From the NCBI RefSeq assembly GCF_037042905.1, contig NC_087245.1, forward strand, positions 44,084,001 to 44,148,000: a stretch of 64,000 bases of DNA. Direction: 5' to 3'. Below are positions 25,610 through 40,711 of this stretch, one piece after another. The stretch is from Lytechinus pictus. Its lineage: Eukaryota. Positions within the stretch are counted from its first letter, which is position 1, and each line of letters opens with the position of its first letter. A program made the translations under genes and the position numbers. The notes beneath the pieces were generated by a model that made no database searches, had not been told where the DNA came from, and worked only from the letters and a program-made list of their open reading frames with translations.

Positions 25610-27680
25610 CGGCCGTGATCTGGCAAAAGTGTGTAAGTCATTTTTTGGTGTTTTTCTGTTTCTTAGAGTTTCTTTGTATATGCTCTTTCATCTGGTAAAA
25701 TTTCAAGTTCTAAATCTCACCATTTTTTGAGATTCGAAAACCAGTTTTTGTAAAATTGTCTAAAAAATCAGAAAATTTAAAAGGCAGAACTACGTAAGTC
25801 GACTTACAAAAGTAGATTTTCAATTTTTTACGATAATGAAAAGGCAAAACTACGTAAGTCTACTTACATAGTTATATTAGAACAATAGCTTTGAAAGTAG
25901 AATTTGATTAATCAGGCAAAACTACGTATCTCCCACATTTCTGCATTGTAACGGTCGGGAGTTTACTGCATGTTAGTTAGCGCAATAAGGAACCGCCATT
26001 TAAACTCCTCACAGTCACTGTGGTGCCATGGCTTTAAATTCCAGAGCCTGGAGAGGGACACAGATTTGAATTTAGCTTTAGAGAAAATCAAAATTTCCCA
26101 ACTGAAACAAGGTAAGCTAGACTGTATGTATGCTTCATTGTTCAGATGATAAACATGAGAGTTTATCAAAGACTAGATCTAAGTTAAATTATACGTTTAT
26201 AGAGGTCTTACACCTACCCTCATCTCTAAACTTTAAGGTAGGCCTAGAGTAAGTAAGGGTTTATAAACTATTTTTTAATAGATCTATGCATGTAAATTTT
26301 GATCTAACTCTTTAGTTAAATCTAGACTCTAGATCTACACTGTAAGTAGAATAAGCCTGTTCACGGTTGTTAACTGCGCACAAGCAGAAAAAGGTCACTT
26401 GAGATAAACCATGAAGGTGGCTTTCAAATTCACTGACATAGGCATTTGTGATTTGATGATTATTCATGTATTCCTTTCAAAATATTCATTTTATCACATC
26501 CAAGCTGAAGAGTAATAAATAGAGCCTTCATAATCACTGGTATTTGACAGTAGCCTAAACAATAGTCAAATGTGCCAAAGGCAGACAATAAAACAGATTT
26601 CCAAACTTTATCCCTGATGTACTATTCTAGTCACCTGGTCTATACAATGGCTTTTGTTCTTAGAATTTGAATACTCTACCGTAAAGCTTACACAACATCT
26701 TCATTTGAAAATGATAGTGGTTATCCTAATGAAAAATCACAAAGGTCATTTGAGAAAAGTTGATCATGAGCTAACCGTGAACTGGCTTATTAGTCGCATT
26801 GTGCCATATTTTCCAAAGGGAAACTTCTGCTAAACATTAGTTAGCGTCAAGACTAGAAGAATAAGAATTAACTTTTAGAATTAGCGATCTAAAACATTAC
26901 AAGTTAACTTACCTTTACACAAAGTCTTTGTAATAAACAACATGATAGCGTTCCAACATAGCTATAATTTTACTGTTAGATCTAGATCTATAACATGGTA
27001 GATCTGCTGATAGACCGAATCAGTGATTTTGTTCTTTCAGTCTCAATTTTTCCCACAGAAAACATGCGTGCGGTAATACAATATAATTTTCAAGTGACCA
27101 AAATATTTCACATGCGAAGGGGGTGCGATTGGAAGCAGATATTGTAAAAAAACGAATTTGGCAATCTAAATGTTTCTAATCTGTAGGTATCTGTGTATTT
27201 TTGGTGAAAGTTTGATGAATTTTATTAGAATATTTTTTATATTGAATTCATAAGTGTTTGTTAATACCAGGGACTCCCTAGTAATATGATCCATTATACG
27301 TACATGTAGTTTTGCCCGATAAAACTTTGCAATGCACAGGACATAAGTAGTTTTGCCTGATAAAACTTTGCAATGCGCAGGACATACGTAGTTTTGCCTG
27401 ATCAAAAGCTACATGTAGGAGTGTAGTCGTCGATTTAACCAGGTATAAGAGCTCGTAAGTTTTAACAATTGAAGAAAATTACAAGATTTAATGAGGAAAT
27501 CAACTATTTTTTGTCCCAATTCCTTATAAATGTGTCCCACAGGACAAAGGAAAACAAAAAATTCTGATACACCATTCTCCATTTTTTCAAAGAAAGCTAA
27601 AGAAGCAATTTTATATTTTTAAGCTTGAATATCTCAGAATCGCGTAAAAGGAAATACGTAGTTCTGCCAGATCACGGCAG
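25610..27680. mobile_element. Non-autonomous DNA transposon with 4-bp TSD (Sola-like)
   Basis: TIR C(G/T)GCCGTGATCTGGCA, TSD TAAT (25606-25609 / 27681-27684). Subterminal GGCAAAACTACGTA motifs are inverted between the ends. A nested small TIR element lies at ~26350-26791. Confidence 0.75.
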
Positions 27681-27824
27681 TAATCTCTGTTCGTTTAGAA
27701 CAACCCCCCAAAAAAGTACCAAACCTAATAGTACCATACTTTCCAGAATTCCCCTGACTGTAAAATCTGATGTTTTATTTACTAATAGATTTTCATTTAT
27801 ATTTTGTATATAACTAATAATTAG

Positions 27825-28057
27825 GTGATGCATATTATCCAGAACATCCCAAGGAGGAAACAGATAAAGACTGTATGCTAGAATTGAACACCACTATTGA
27901 TGATAGCAACAAGATAGAGATTACAAACAGATTGGTGTTTCGGACCGCAACAGTTACTGATATCTTGAGCTCATACACACAACCCACTGGTCAGGTCAGT
28001 CCCATAGATGATCATATTCCTCCTATTGAGGAACTGGAGAGTAATTCCAAATTATGA
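27825..28057 (+). CDS. NUDT19: NUDT19-like, terminal coding exon with PTS1 (-SKL)
   Basis: TTAG| acceptor in phase 1 gives (G)DAYYPEHPK...ITNRLVF...ELESNSKL-stop. Completes the LLPGD..Y motif. Total CDS 1134 nt. Confidence 0.9.
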
Positions 28058-29469
28058 GTAAATTTAATCGGAAGGAACTCTTTGAGAGGTAACAAGAGTA
28101 AAGCTTCTAAACCAAAGAATGGCTCTTCTAATGTCCCCATGATATGATATATTTGAATTATAGGGCAGATTTCTACTGCCTTGGGCCTGTTTCACAAAGA
28201 CTTACAATTATTGTAACTTGATTGGCTGCTGGGCCATGATACCACCAAAGTTTCCATAACGGCAGGCAGAGTTGCAATAATTGTAACTCTTTATGGAATG
28301 GCCTCATGTGGTGGTTGTTGAATATTGTCACCATGGTAAGTGTCTATCGATGGTAGAGTTGTCATTCATGGACAATTTTGTGAAACGGTCTATTTTTTCC
28401 AAAACATCTTTGAGAATACTCAAGTTTGTGATGTTTTTCATGGTAAGAGTTGTTCCATGATCTCCTAAATTATACCTTGCCAGATTAATGATGAGAGCAG
28501 ATTAAAGAGGGAGTAAAGTGATATCTATATTAATCTGGGAATCCGCATAAACTGTACCTGCATAAATTTCCTGGGATCGTGAGAGAGCAGAATGTATCCC
28601 CTTCACCTTCCAAGCAAAACTAATATAGACAAATATTCCATTTTAACTGATTAAAGTGATTTAATATTAAAAACTTGCATAAGATGATGTCACAAAAGTT
28701 GAATATTCCCCAAATTGAACCAAAATTGCATTTAATCTGCTATATTTTTTAAGAGCAGATTATGCAAAAGATGTGTTATATACTTTCTTATAACATGTCT
28801 TTTTCAAGTTGATTTAATGACCTTGGTATATATTTTTATGATGTTGACTTGTTATGATTGTATTTATTTGATTATATTTTGTTGAAAATGAAATGAATGA
28901 AATGAAAATGAATGAATTGATTTCTGTAGTAAAGACACTACAAGGGGAAGACAGGACACTTAGAAGAGATTTTTTGAAACGCTCAATTTTGTACAAGTTC
29001 AGCATTAGGTAGGTGAACTTTCATGTATCTGCATGGCGTTGTGTATAAAACATATGGGGCAATGATAGAGGGGGTGAGGTAGGGGCCACAAGAGTGGCAA
29101 AAGGAAATAATTCCGCCTCTCTTTTCTCAGAAATCTGCAACTTGTTTCTTTATTTCGTTAGCATTTTTTATAAAGAAAAAAAGGTTGAAATTTTGAATTT
29201 CCCCACTCCATCACACCTTCTCTCACTTCCCCCATGATGATACTCTATGCCAATGTAAACCTACAAAACCCCTTTTTTCAACCCTTGATAAGTATTCCCC
29301 CTTATAAACTATAGATGGAGTTATGTCATGTTCCGTCCATTAGCAACATGTTTATTATTGATAACTCAGTGGACTATGATTACCGGTACTAAGATTTAGT
29401 GATTAATCATTTTACAATGTTGAAAATAAGTGCCAGGTATACAGTGTAATACAAAAATGGTGATTATAA

Positions 29470-30745
29470 TAATAATGATACTGATTATCTACTACTACTA
29501 GGACTGCTACTAATAATGATACTGATTATCTACTACTACTAGGACTGCTACTAATAATGATACTGATTATCTACTACTACTAGGACTGCTACTAATAATG
29601 ATACTGATTATCTACTACTACTAGGACTGCTACTAATAATGATACTGATTATCTACTACTACTAGGACTGCTTCTAATAATGATACTGATTATCTACTAC
29701 TACTAGGACTGCTTCTAATAATGATACTGATTATCTACTACTACTAGGACTGCTTCTAATAATGATACTGATTATCTACTACTACTAGGACTGCTACTAA
29801 TAATGATACTGATTATCTACTACTACTAGGACTGCTTCTAATAATGATACTGATTATCTACTACTACTAGGACTGCTACTAATAATGATACTGATTATCT
29901 ACTACTACTAGGACTGCTACTAATAATGATACTGATTATCTACTACTACTAGGACTGCTACTAATAATGATACTGATTATCTACTACTACTAGGACTGCT
30001 ACTAATAATGATACTGATTATCTACTACTACTAGGACTGCTTCTAATAATGATACTGATTATCTACTACTACTAGGACTGCTACTAATAATGATACTGAT
30101 TATCTACAACTACTAGGACTGCTTCTAATAATGATACTGATTATCTACTACTACTAGGACTGCTACTAATAATGATACTGATTATCTACTACTACTAGGA
30201 CTGCTACTAATAATGATACTGATTATCTACTACTACTAGGACTGCTACTAATAATGATACTGATTATCTACTACTACTAGGACTGCTACTAATAATGATA
30301 CTGATTATCTACTACTACTAGGACTGCTACTAATAATGATACTGATTATCTACTACTACTAGGACTGCTACTAATAATGATACTGATTATCTACTACTAC
30401 TAGGACTGCTACTAATAATGATACTGATTATCTACTACTAGGACTGCTACTTATAATGATACTGATTATCTACTACTACTAGGACTGCTACTAATAATGA
30501 TACTGATTATCTACTACTACTAGGACTGCTACTAATAATGATACTGATTATCTAAGTACTACTACTAGGACTGCTACTAATAATGATACTGATTATCTAC
30601 TACTACTAGGACTGCTACTAATAATGATACTGATTATCTACTACTACTAGGACTGCTACTAATAATGATACTGATTATCTACTACTACTAGGACTGCTAC
30701 TAATAATGACACTGATTATCTACTACTACTAGGACTGCTACTCAT
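29470..30745. repeat. 41-bp minisatellite, ~31 copies
   Basis: Unit TAATAATGATACTGATTATCTACTACTACTAGGACTGCTAC, head to tail, no spacers. Confidence 0.97.
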
Positions 30746-31724
30746 GATTCCTTTAGAACCCAGAATAGTAATACTAGTATTGATAAATTTATTCAAAGTT
30801 ATTTGCCACTTTAGAAAGTTGTTTAAAAGTGCCTTTAATACCATTTTTCCCCAAAAAATTGAAATATGTATTGAGGCAGAATACAGTGTATTATGTACAT
30901 GTATGTAGAATAAGAAATAAAGCTTGCATTTCATAAAACTTAGTCTTATTTCTATTCTGAATATACTAAAGGAATTTCAAGTTGGTCTCAAGTATTTGCT
31001 GTTTTAACACATTGCTATATATCTTCTGCTGTATTCTCATAAATGTTTATGATGAAATTGTTGCTTTAACTTACATGTTTTCAGTAAAATGTATGAAATA
31101 TACTTGAAATATTAAAATTGATATTTCACCATGTTTAGTATTTTATGAAATAAAAAATTGTATATCAAATATCAATAGCATGAATACAAGCTCTGGCAAT
31201 GAATTATATATATTAGTGTAGTACGTGTGTGATTGCCTTTTTTCTTAATGTATTGCTATTCTTCAATGGATTTATTTATTTTATTCATTGCAAATTCTAT
31301 TTTTCATAATTTGATTTATGAAAATAGAGGTGATAAAAATGGGCAATTAGTGCAGTAGAACATCCATCCATAATGCAGAATACACTTGCAATCATCATTA
31401 AAAATACGTCTAGGTCTTTCATATTGTACTATAAAAAATAACAATACTGTCCACCAAACCTTTAACCATTTAATTTTCCCACTATATTCTGGCAACAACC
31501 AATTTTATTTTCGAAATGCTAGGGTTACACTAAAACTGAATTCTTCTGAATGAATTTGGACCAATTCTGCCTGAATACGGCCTGATTTGGATGGTTTTGA
31601 ATGTTTCAGAATCCCAAATTTTTTCGCATTCACAGAGGGAGAACAGAATACTCCCGAAACCACCCGCATACGTGTATTCGTATGAATTTGCAGCTGATCC
31701 GGTTCCCATGTAACCCTAGCTTAA

Positions 31725-32324
31725 AGGTTAAGTCCACCCCAGAAAAATGTTCATTTGAATAAGTAGAGAAAAATCAGACTAACATAAAGCTGAAAATTTC
31801 TTCAAAATCGGATGTCAAATCAGAAAGTTATGGCATTTTAAAGTTTCGCTTATTTTTCACAAAACAGTGATATGCACAACTCAGTGACATGCAAATGAGT
31901 CAGTCGATGATGACTATCACTATTTATTTTGTTTTTTATTGTTCGAATTATACAATATTTCATTTTTTACAAATTTGACAATCCGGACCAACTTGACTGA
32001 ACCATATGAAATTAAACAATGCTAATTCCACGTGTTCAGGGAGGAGTTAATCGTTGTTTCACTTGGCAATGAGGAGAAAATTAGAATATTTCATATTTCA
32101 CATAATAAAATACAAAAGAAATAGTGAGTGGATGACATCATCAGTCTCTTCATTTGCATACCTACCAGGATGTGCATATGACTGTTTTGTGAAATTAAGC
32201 GAAACTTTAAAATGTCATAACTTTCTTATTTTACATCCAATTTTGATGAAATTTTCAGTGTTATGCTTGTTGGATTTTTCTCTTTTTATTCAAATAAATT
32301 TTTGGTTGGGGTGGACTTGTCCTT
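31725..32324. mobile_element. Kolobok-like MITE family A
   Basis: TTAA|AGGTTAAGTCCACCCC ... GGGGTGGACTTGTCCT(T)|TTAA. Confidence 0.85.
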
Positions 32325-34327
32325 TTAAGCAGCAACTTTTGATCCAGAATGGTGAAAGAGTATTAATTAATCCTTTGCTTTAATAAATGTACATGTCTTG
32401 ATTTCCATCAACACTAATCTCATTGTTTTTGTTGAGACCAGGCAAATATCTTTGTCACGTTAGTGTTTTTGCAGGCAGAGGTGGATTCCATATTTAAGGT
32501 GGGGGGGGGGGGGGCAGCAAATCTGAAATAATTTTGTGTGGCAGTAAAAAAAAAAACCGTGAAGAAATAAGGTTGACGTCACTGATTGTAATCACATTAT
32601 TTCTGGATCAGCCTCCCCCTGGATCCACCCGTGGTTACCAGACAGGTAACAATGGTCAAATAAATAGTACATTAAAATAAGGAATGCAAGACACAAAACT
32701 TCTAGAAACACAATGAAATCTACCAATTTTTATTTGTTATACTCTAAATGTGATATATCAATACATTTATTCTCTGTTACTTATTCATACCTGAGAGATA
32801 CAGACAAACACTGAAAATAGAGGCTCTTGTTTGACTTTGATACAGAACATTCTCTTTTCAAATATAAATATAGTATCTAATGTTAATACCAGTATTCTTT
32901 GATTTGTTCCTTTTTATCCTAATTTTTCCTTATTTCAATTGTTAAAACAAATTTCAAAGGCAAATTTGTGATTGCGACATTTTTTCCCCACAAACTCTAC
33001 AGGCACAGGAACCAATGCAAACGCAGCAAATGGTGTGCCTCATTTATGAGTGTGATACAAAATGATAAAGGTACATGTAAAACACTTTTCAAAAATATCA
33101 TCAATGGATACTATGTTTCTTTTCAAACCATACAAGGTCGAAAAAATAATGTTGAAAGCCTTATCATGTACAGGTAACTCCGCCTTTTAGTCGACTTTCC
33201 ATAAGTCAAATATTCCCCTACGAGTCAGAACAATTTTTTAAAACCCGACTATTCAAATCATGTGTTATATATAGCTCATCTAAGTCAAATTTCTCCTTTT
33301 AAAGCGGACTAGATTTCTTTGGCCCCAAAAGATTGGACGTACAGTATGTAGAGTTACGTGTACAATACTGTTATCCCAAAAATCAATTAAGAAAAAACAT
33401 ATATTTGTGACCTACCACCGCCAAACCAACAATAACTCGATCAAAATGAATTTTGAGATTTTCAAAGATCTTATAAAATCACATCCTCAGCTATAAAATG
33501 ATAGACAGTGCATTTCACAAATTCCAAACTGAGAATCATCAGTTACTTCTCAGGTGTAAAAAAAAAATCCAGTGAGAGCTGAAAAGAATGAGAAAAGGTT
33601 TAGAGATAGTTTGAGGTTCATTCAAGCATAATACATGTATGTACCTAATACATATTGTGCCATATCGATGCAGCATCAAAGCACGCTAAAAAAATAGTGT
33701 TAACTATCCCGTCTTTTTTCTTTAAAAAAAATACTTTTACAGCTTCAAATTTGAGAGTATGAAGAAGAGGAATTACCCTTCCACGTAAGCAATTTAGCTA
33801 TTTTTTACTTTCTGAACACCAAATTACTGTTGTTGGTTTTTTTTAGAGAAACTTCCCTTTCAACATGACCTGCATATTGGTTTTGGGTTGTCTACATACA
33901 TATACCTTTACATTTAAAATCATCTTGGACAAAGCTTGAACATAAACCACAGACAATCATGCATGGAATAATGCCTCCAGAGTCATCTATTAAACACATG
34001 TATGATCACTGTACATACACTACCTAGCATAGCACAAGGGATGGACAGTATAGGCAACAGAAATATCTAGACTATCACTCTTGCCTCATCAAAGTGGGTT
34101 TGAAATAACAATCACTTTTATTAAGAACCTATTCCATCAAAATGAATTACCTTGAAGCTCCGGAGATATGTCATCTACAAACCCAGGCAAGAGAAAGATG
34201 GGCATCTTGGATATCGCTCTAGCAGTGGCAATACTTAGTTAGTATGTTAAAATATATTTTCATATATTCCATCAGAATGAGATATGAACTGCTTCACCGG
34301 TATACCATCTACAAATATTTTATTTAA

Positions 34328-35518
34328 AGGAGAATTAAACCCTTGAAACCAGCTGAATCCATATCAAAGAGAAAAATCAAAGAAACATATTGTTGAAAGT
34401 TTGAGGAAGATTGAATGAATAATAAGAAAGTTATGAGCATTTGAATATTGAGATCACTAATGCCATGTAGATCCTCCTATTGGCAATGCGACCAAGATCT
34501 GTGATGTCACACACGTACAACTCCCTCATTACTTAAAGGTCAAGTCCACCCCAGAAAATTGTTGATTTGAATCGATAGAGAAAAATCAAACAAACATAAC
34601 GCTGCAAATTTCATCGAAATCGGATGTAAAATAAGAAAGTTATGACATTTTTAAGTTTCGCTTATTTTTCACAAGACTGTTAAATGCACAACTCAGTGAT
34701 ATGCAAATGAGAGAGTCGATGATGTCCATCACTCACTATTTCTTTTGTTTTTTATTGTTTGAATAATAAAATATTTCAATTTTTACAGATTTGACAAGAA
34801 GGACCAACTTAACTTAACCATAAACTTTTAAAATAATGGTAATTCGACATGTTCAGGGAGAAATGAGACTTTGTTTCACTTGACAAGGAGGAGAAAATTA
34901 GAATATTTCATGTTTCATATAATAAAATACAAAAGAAATAGTGAGTGAGTGACGTCATCAGTCTGCCAATTTGCATACCGACCAGGATGTGCATATAACT
35001 GTTTTGTGAAATTAAGCGAAACTTTAAAATGTCATAACTTTCTTATTTTACATCCGATTTTGATGAAATTTTCAGTGTTTTGCTAGTTGGATTTTTCTCC
35101 TTTTTTCAAATCAACTTTTTGTTGGGGTGGACTTGTCCTTTAAGTACTTATTTCACTTATATTCTCACTTTTATAGAGTCTATCACAAGGTTAGGTGTTC
35201 TCTTTATGAGAGGACAAGTACAGAGGTTTCACAACATTATATCATTGATGAATCGTTTGTCATATGATTAGAATGAGCAAAAAGAGATGTTTTGGGGTAT
35301 ATTTTCAGTGTCCAAAAGGGGAGAGTTGTTCATTTGTGACATCATAGATCTTGGTCGCATTGCCAATGGGAGGATCTCCATAGCATTAGTGATCTCGACA
35401 TTCAAATGCTCATAACTCTTCTATTTCTAGTCCTATTTTACTCAAACTTCTGTTGATCTTATTCTTAGATTTTTCTGCTTTCACAAAAGCTAACTTGCTC
35501 CAAGAGTTTAATTCTCCT
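34328..35518. mobile_element. Kolobok-like MITE family C containing a nested family A copy
   Basis: TTAA|AGGAGAATTAAAC ... GTTTAATTCTCCT|TTAA, with inner inverted repeats. Confidence 0.8.
34537..35139. mobile_element. Kolobok-like MITE family A (nested)
   Basis: TTAA|AGGTCAAGTCCACCCC ... GGGGTGGACTTGTCCT|TTAA. Confidence 0.88.
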
Positions 35519-36300
35519 TTAAGATTGTGTCAGATCCTTGGGTGTTTACGGAACTTGAAGACCACATACATTTTACAACGGGAAAAATAGGTAAAGTTAA
35601 ACTTTTATTAAGGCCACCCAGGGGAAACAGAAAAAGTGGCCACTAGAGACTTTATAGACAGGTTCTTTAAAACATACATACTCCTTTCAATTGGGAGAAA
35701 GTATTTGGTGGCCACTTTAAGACAGGTTTTTACTACAGACAGTTGGCTGCTAAGACAAGTTTGACTGCACTTGACCATGCAAAAGCTTTAAGGCCGTGGG
35801 ATTTCTGTTACGGTACAGATTGGAATGGGTGCCTTCATTCATGAATTCTGAGATGTTTTGCTTTGGTCATATGACATAAGATACTGAATCATCTTGGCTA
35901 TTCCGAAAGAGAACTTTTATTGAATGATGAGCAACCATATCACTTTATATGAGTTTATCAAAAAAGTGGTCTAAATATTGCATGATTGAGATTTACTATA
36001 ATTACAGAGTAGCTGCTTTATTTCTTTGGCAAAAGTCCCCAAGAACCAGCTCCAGGCATCTAGGCCGTGTATCTGGTTGCAGTCACACGCCAAATCCCAC
36101 TACAAACAGACCGATGATATGCCATCCAAAATAATGTAATAGCTCTGATCGGCATCGAGTATGTTTCCTTGATGTGACTGGAAGCATCAGAAAACTTGTG
36201 TTAGAGTGTTAAAGTGTTAGAGTTACAATATCTACTCTTGGCCAATTAAAATGCATCATTTCAGTTATTCCTCACAGTAGCTTCAACTAGCTGGAAACCT

Positions 36301-36550
36301 GGGCCCCGTCTCACAAAAAGAGTTACGATTGATCCGATCAACCTCAACTATACAGAAATCCATCATCGTCATAATTTTTTCCACAGGAAATTTGCGTATC
36401 ATCCTTCGGGGGAGCACACTGAATTGTCAAGACAACAGTGTCAATATACATCATATCTAAAAACAAACATGCATTTTAGATGTTGACGTTACTGGCTTGC
36501 CATAGTTGTGATTGATCGGATCAATTGCAACTCTTTGTAAGAAGGGGCCT
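36301..36550. mobile_element. Small MITE with GGGCC termini (Harbinger-like)
   Basis: Imperfect TIR GGGCCCCGTCTCACAAAAAGAGTT / AACTCTTTGTAAGAAGGGGCC. Related copy at ~47724-47970; similar-type elements at ~23985-24101, 28183-28303 and 42111-42244. Confidence 0.6.
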
Positions 36551-36811
36551 CGCCCTTGACCAATTCTATTGAACTGTATCTGCTGCAAAGAAACGTTGAT
36601 AATGCTAGCAAAGTGCTAACAGAGGCCCTTTTACGACCGGTGATATAGCAGAGATGTCAAATGTCACAACAACGTGTTATTTACATTGTAGATCAACATT
36701 TGACATCAAAATCTGAAAGATGTGACTGGGTCTACCGTTAGCGCTAACGACGTTTCTGTGCGGCAGTTTGGTCCCAGGTTGCTATTCTTAAAGGCATAAG
36801 TTAACGTTATA

Positions 36812-38102
36812 CAGTGCGTATCAAAAAAAGTTTACACTTTGAAAAAGCCCTGGGAATTAAAAAATATATAACTTGTGGGTAATTTTTTCACATATAATCT
36901 TGGGTTTGGGTCTCATCTATCCAATGAACGTAAAAGTTTTTACAGAATGTTACACTTTGAGTGAGCACTGTCCATTTTTGTACAGCTCGCAGAAATCTGT
37001 TTGCGCAGAAATGCTTGTTTTCACGCTGTGTCAAGGGGAAAGGGCGAAATCAAACTTACCCTGCGAAACAGATACATTCAAGCATTTTGCAACAATTTTG
37101 CAACCCAAATTGAAATTTCAACACTTAGTAAGCTCAACCTCTACCCTTTTTGTGCCAGCTGGATCTGAGGACTGAATCTGAACACAAACTTATATCAGAC
37201 ATCTCCAGCATTTTATCACTAAGTTTTTATCATTTAAAGTGGGTTTACTTTTCATTTAATACTTGTTTCTCCACACTTTTTCCAAGCTTGACGATGATTA
37301 ACAAAATGAAAATCAAGCCTAAGCCATTTCATGTAAATAATAATAGCCAATTTTTATACAGCCCTTTTCCCAGAATGGCTCAAAGCGCGTTACAGCGTAT
37401 TATTACCCCGGTCATTGGATTCATTTCAATCCCGCACGAAAAAAGCACAATTTACACTCCCTGGGGAGCATTCCTTGCATTCATCGCAGCCTTATTATGG
37501 TGCTGGCAAATTCAAACATACAATGTATTTCGCATCCTACCGGGTACCCATTTAGCACCTGGGTCAAGAGTGGCAAAGTGTGGATTAACGCCGTGCAAAA
37601 GGACGCTAGACCGCGGGGAATTCGAACACACGACCCTCTGTTTACAAGGCGAGAGTCAGAACCACTACACTACGCACGGTTCTTCCACATAAATCACAGC
37701 TCAGTGTAAAGCAAATATCGTCACGATGGCCTCAGTGTATGGGGGAGTGGGATGGGGCGCAATGCACTCTTCGAAGTGTTTTGGGCAAGGAAACAAGTTA
37801 AAAAAGGTAAAAGATATCTTCAAATCAATTTTCCTAGCTAAATTCCAAATGTTCTTCATGATTAAGGTTACTTTTATTCACATAACTATTTCAAAGTTCT
37901 GCGCAAATCGTTTTTCACTAACTTTTAAAAAGTAAGTGGTGCTCACTCACACGCAAATATTTTTTAACAGTTACATGTATATCGTCATTTGCTTAAATGG
38001 ATCTGTACTAATGTTAGAATGTGGAAAAATCTTTAGGATATTACAAATGTATAAATTTACAGGATTTTTTTTTAAGTGTAAACTTTTTTTTTATACGTAC
38101 TG
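36812..38102. mobile_element. Tc1/mariner-like MITE carrying a SINE
   Basis: TA|CAGTGCGTATCAAAAAAAGTTTACACTT ... AAGTGTAAACTTTTTTTTTATACGTACTG|TA. Confidence 0.85.
37345..37686 (-). mobile_element. tRNA-derived SINE
   Basis: Reverse-complement homolog of the 24461 SINE, with B-box GTTCGAATTCC. Confidence 0.8.
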
Positions 38103-40121
38103 TAGACATGTAATTTAACAAAAACAAAAGGAAAGATGAAATATGTACATGCATGCCTATCAACCTAAAAACTCTGAAACCAACAAAAAAATCAAAAGAA
38201 GTGCTCTTGATACGTTATAATCAAAGATTTTGTGTAATTTCTATTGTGCCGATAATAATGGAACACTTAAGTGTATGTGATAAAATTAAGATGGTGTTTC
38301 CGATCACTTTATATTTCACTTTTTTGAAGCACTAAATAATGATTTTCGAAAGGCGATTTTTTTTTCTTGGCTTCATTTTTGTGACATATCACAGACACAG
38401 GTGACAAGTGGGACCTCGCGGCTCAGATTTTTAAAAGTCAAATCAACTTTAACCAATGTCTTTAATAGTCTATGGTGGTAATACAAGGATTCAGTTTCAA
38501 CTGATTAAGAAATAATGCAAATCCTGTACACTAGTAACAATTGTTCAGAGTTTGTATGGGGAAACATTTAGTAAGTCAATTTCGAGTCAGTTCCGAATAC
38601 CTCACCGGCAATAACTTCTCCCTTCCCAACAAATCTCCCAAATATACTTTGACAAAATAATAATCATAGAAAATAGTAATGTGTTTCCCAATACATACAC
38701 TTTGTACATGTAAGAAGCTATGTCCCAACTCTCAATCACAAATGTTGCTTGAGGATTTTGAATCAATGGCAGCCATGATTAATGAAGCTATATTGTTTTC
38801 AATGTTGGTAGGATAAATTTGAAATCGTAAGAAAGTATAATGTAATCAAGATTGTTTAGGAGAAGCAAAATCACATTAAATGATGCCTTCAGGGCAGAGG
38901 TATGCTACATTACTATGGCGATTTGATAAACATATACCGTATACTTGCAGTATTAGCAATCATAGGCCTGGTGTCTTGATCGGTAGTTTTCACACATTAA
39001 CAAATACACAAGCAGCAATTATACATGTACATGCACAAGCTTATATATTCTATCCAGAGAAAACATTTAAGCTACAATGATTTTTTTTTTTTTTTTTTTT
39101 GGGGGGGATACAATGGTATGTCTCATTGAGGCCTGTTTGATCATATATAAACACAGAAATCTAAGAAACAATTAGGTTTCGTACACTAAGTGTAGGACAC
39201 AGTGAAGTCTGCACAGAAAAACAACAAAAATCAAGTAAAAGATATAAATTTGAATACAGATAAAAGATGGAGTGAGGGTGAAAAGATCGCTCTTGTATCC
39301 AATCAAATTATCATCCCACATTATGTGCTAAGGGAAGGACTGTGTCAGGGTCACTTTCTTAGAGTTTTGTAATCGGAGTAAAGAACTACATAAAAAAAAT
39401 AATAAAATCCAAAAATAAGATGTGAGAGCCTGTGCAAACGCAAGATATGAAACATTAATAAAAGGTATTAAAAGAAGTACAAGCATAGTATGTACAGTTT
39501 TCTGTTTATGATTTAAAATTTGATTTCATAGATGCTTAACAGGATTCGGTATGACATCCAATCCCCCCTCATTGGGTGAGTTCAAAATGAAATGTTTAAA
39601 AGTGACCAATGAATCTAGACCTACAATACAAGTAAATCACCTAGCTCAAAGAATACAATCAAATTTCCATCTTTCATAATCACACTTTGAATAATAATAA
39701 CCAATCAAGCCAGTCGACTTCTACTCAAAACAAAAACACACACCTATTACCAACACACATGTATATAGCAAAATAGAGGATAATCTGATAAAAATGTAAA
39801 ATCTGTATTCTGAAATTTAGAGATCAAATGGGCAGCTCTCATGATGGGATCAAATAGCATGTATCTTGTGATTTTTGAAATTCATTTTGTGGTATGAAGA
39901 TAAAAGATGGCTGTCATTTCTTCTTTGCAAGTAGAAAATCAAAATTGATTATACAAATAGCGAATATTCTTATTTCTGCGATGATGCAACATTTCTCATT
40001 TGCTGAAAGAAAGACTCTGCAACGCGTAATTGAATAGAGTATCTTTCTTTCACCTTACGCAAAATCTTGCACCATCGCACTCGTGCCTATTCGCTATTTG
40101 TATACCATCTGATTACTGGGG

Positions 40122-40711
40122 CCCGGCCCCCCCACTCATGTTATTTAGGGTACGCCTATGCTCGTTCCCTCCCTTTGAAAGCACCCCCTATCGAAGGTCT
40201 GCCAAAATTTCTGAACCCCACTTTCGAGGGCTTTTCGCAGGCTTTTTCTGCCTTGGAGACCCCCCTAAATCCAGAACACTACTCAATGTACCCCCTATCT
40301 CAGGTGAGCTCTCATTCCAACAAAAGGTCCGTACTTTACTTTTTCAAAATGAAATAATCCTGAATGAGCCTTCTAAACTAGCAGGAATTTCAGGAATTTG
40401 ATCCCGGGATTTGATCAATTTTTCTATGTTATTAAAGATATTTTATAACCCCCTTTTAAAATTTCTCAGGAGTCCAAAGAGAGAGATAAAATAACACCCC
40501 CTTTTAAAAGAAATCTCCAGGTGAAAATACAAAAACACCCCCTTTTTTACAATTCACGGGCCGGACTTGTCCGAAATCTCCGGGTGAAAATACAAAAACA
40601 CCCCCTTTTTTACAATTCGCGGGCCGGACTTGTTCCGCAAAAAAGTACCCCTTTACCGGACATTTCGAGAACACGCATGCAGTCCTTCCGACCCCAGAGT
40701 GGGGGGCCGGG
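40122..40711. mobile_element. Non-autonomous TIR element with 8-bp TSD
   Basis: TIR CCCGGCCCCCC(C)ACTC / GAGTGGGGGGCCGGG, TSD TACTGGGG (40114-40121 / 40712-40719), internal ~62-bp tandem duplication. Confidence 0.8.

Noticed and set aside
29470..30745. CRISPR-like array
   Set aside because: Units are head to tail with no unique spacers and no cas genes, and the context is eukaryotic.
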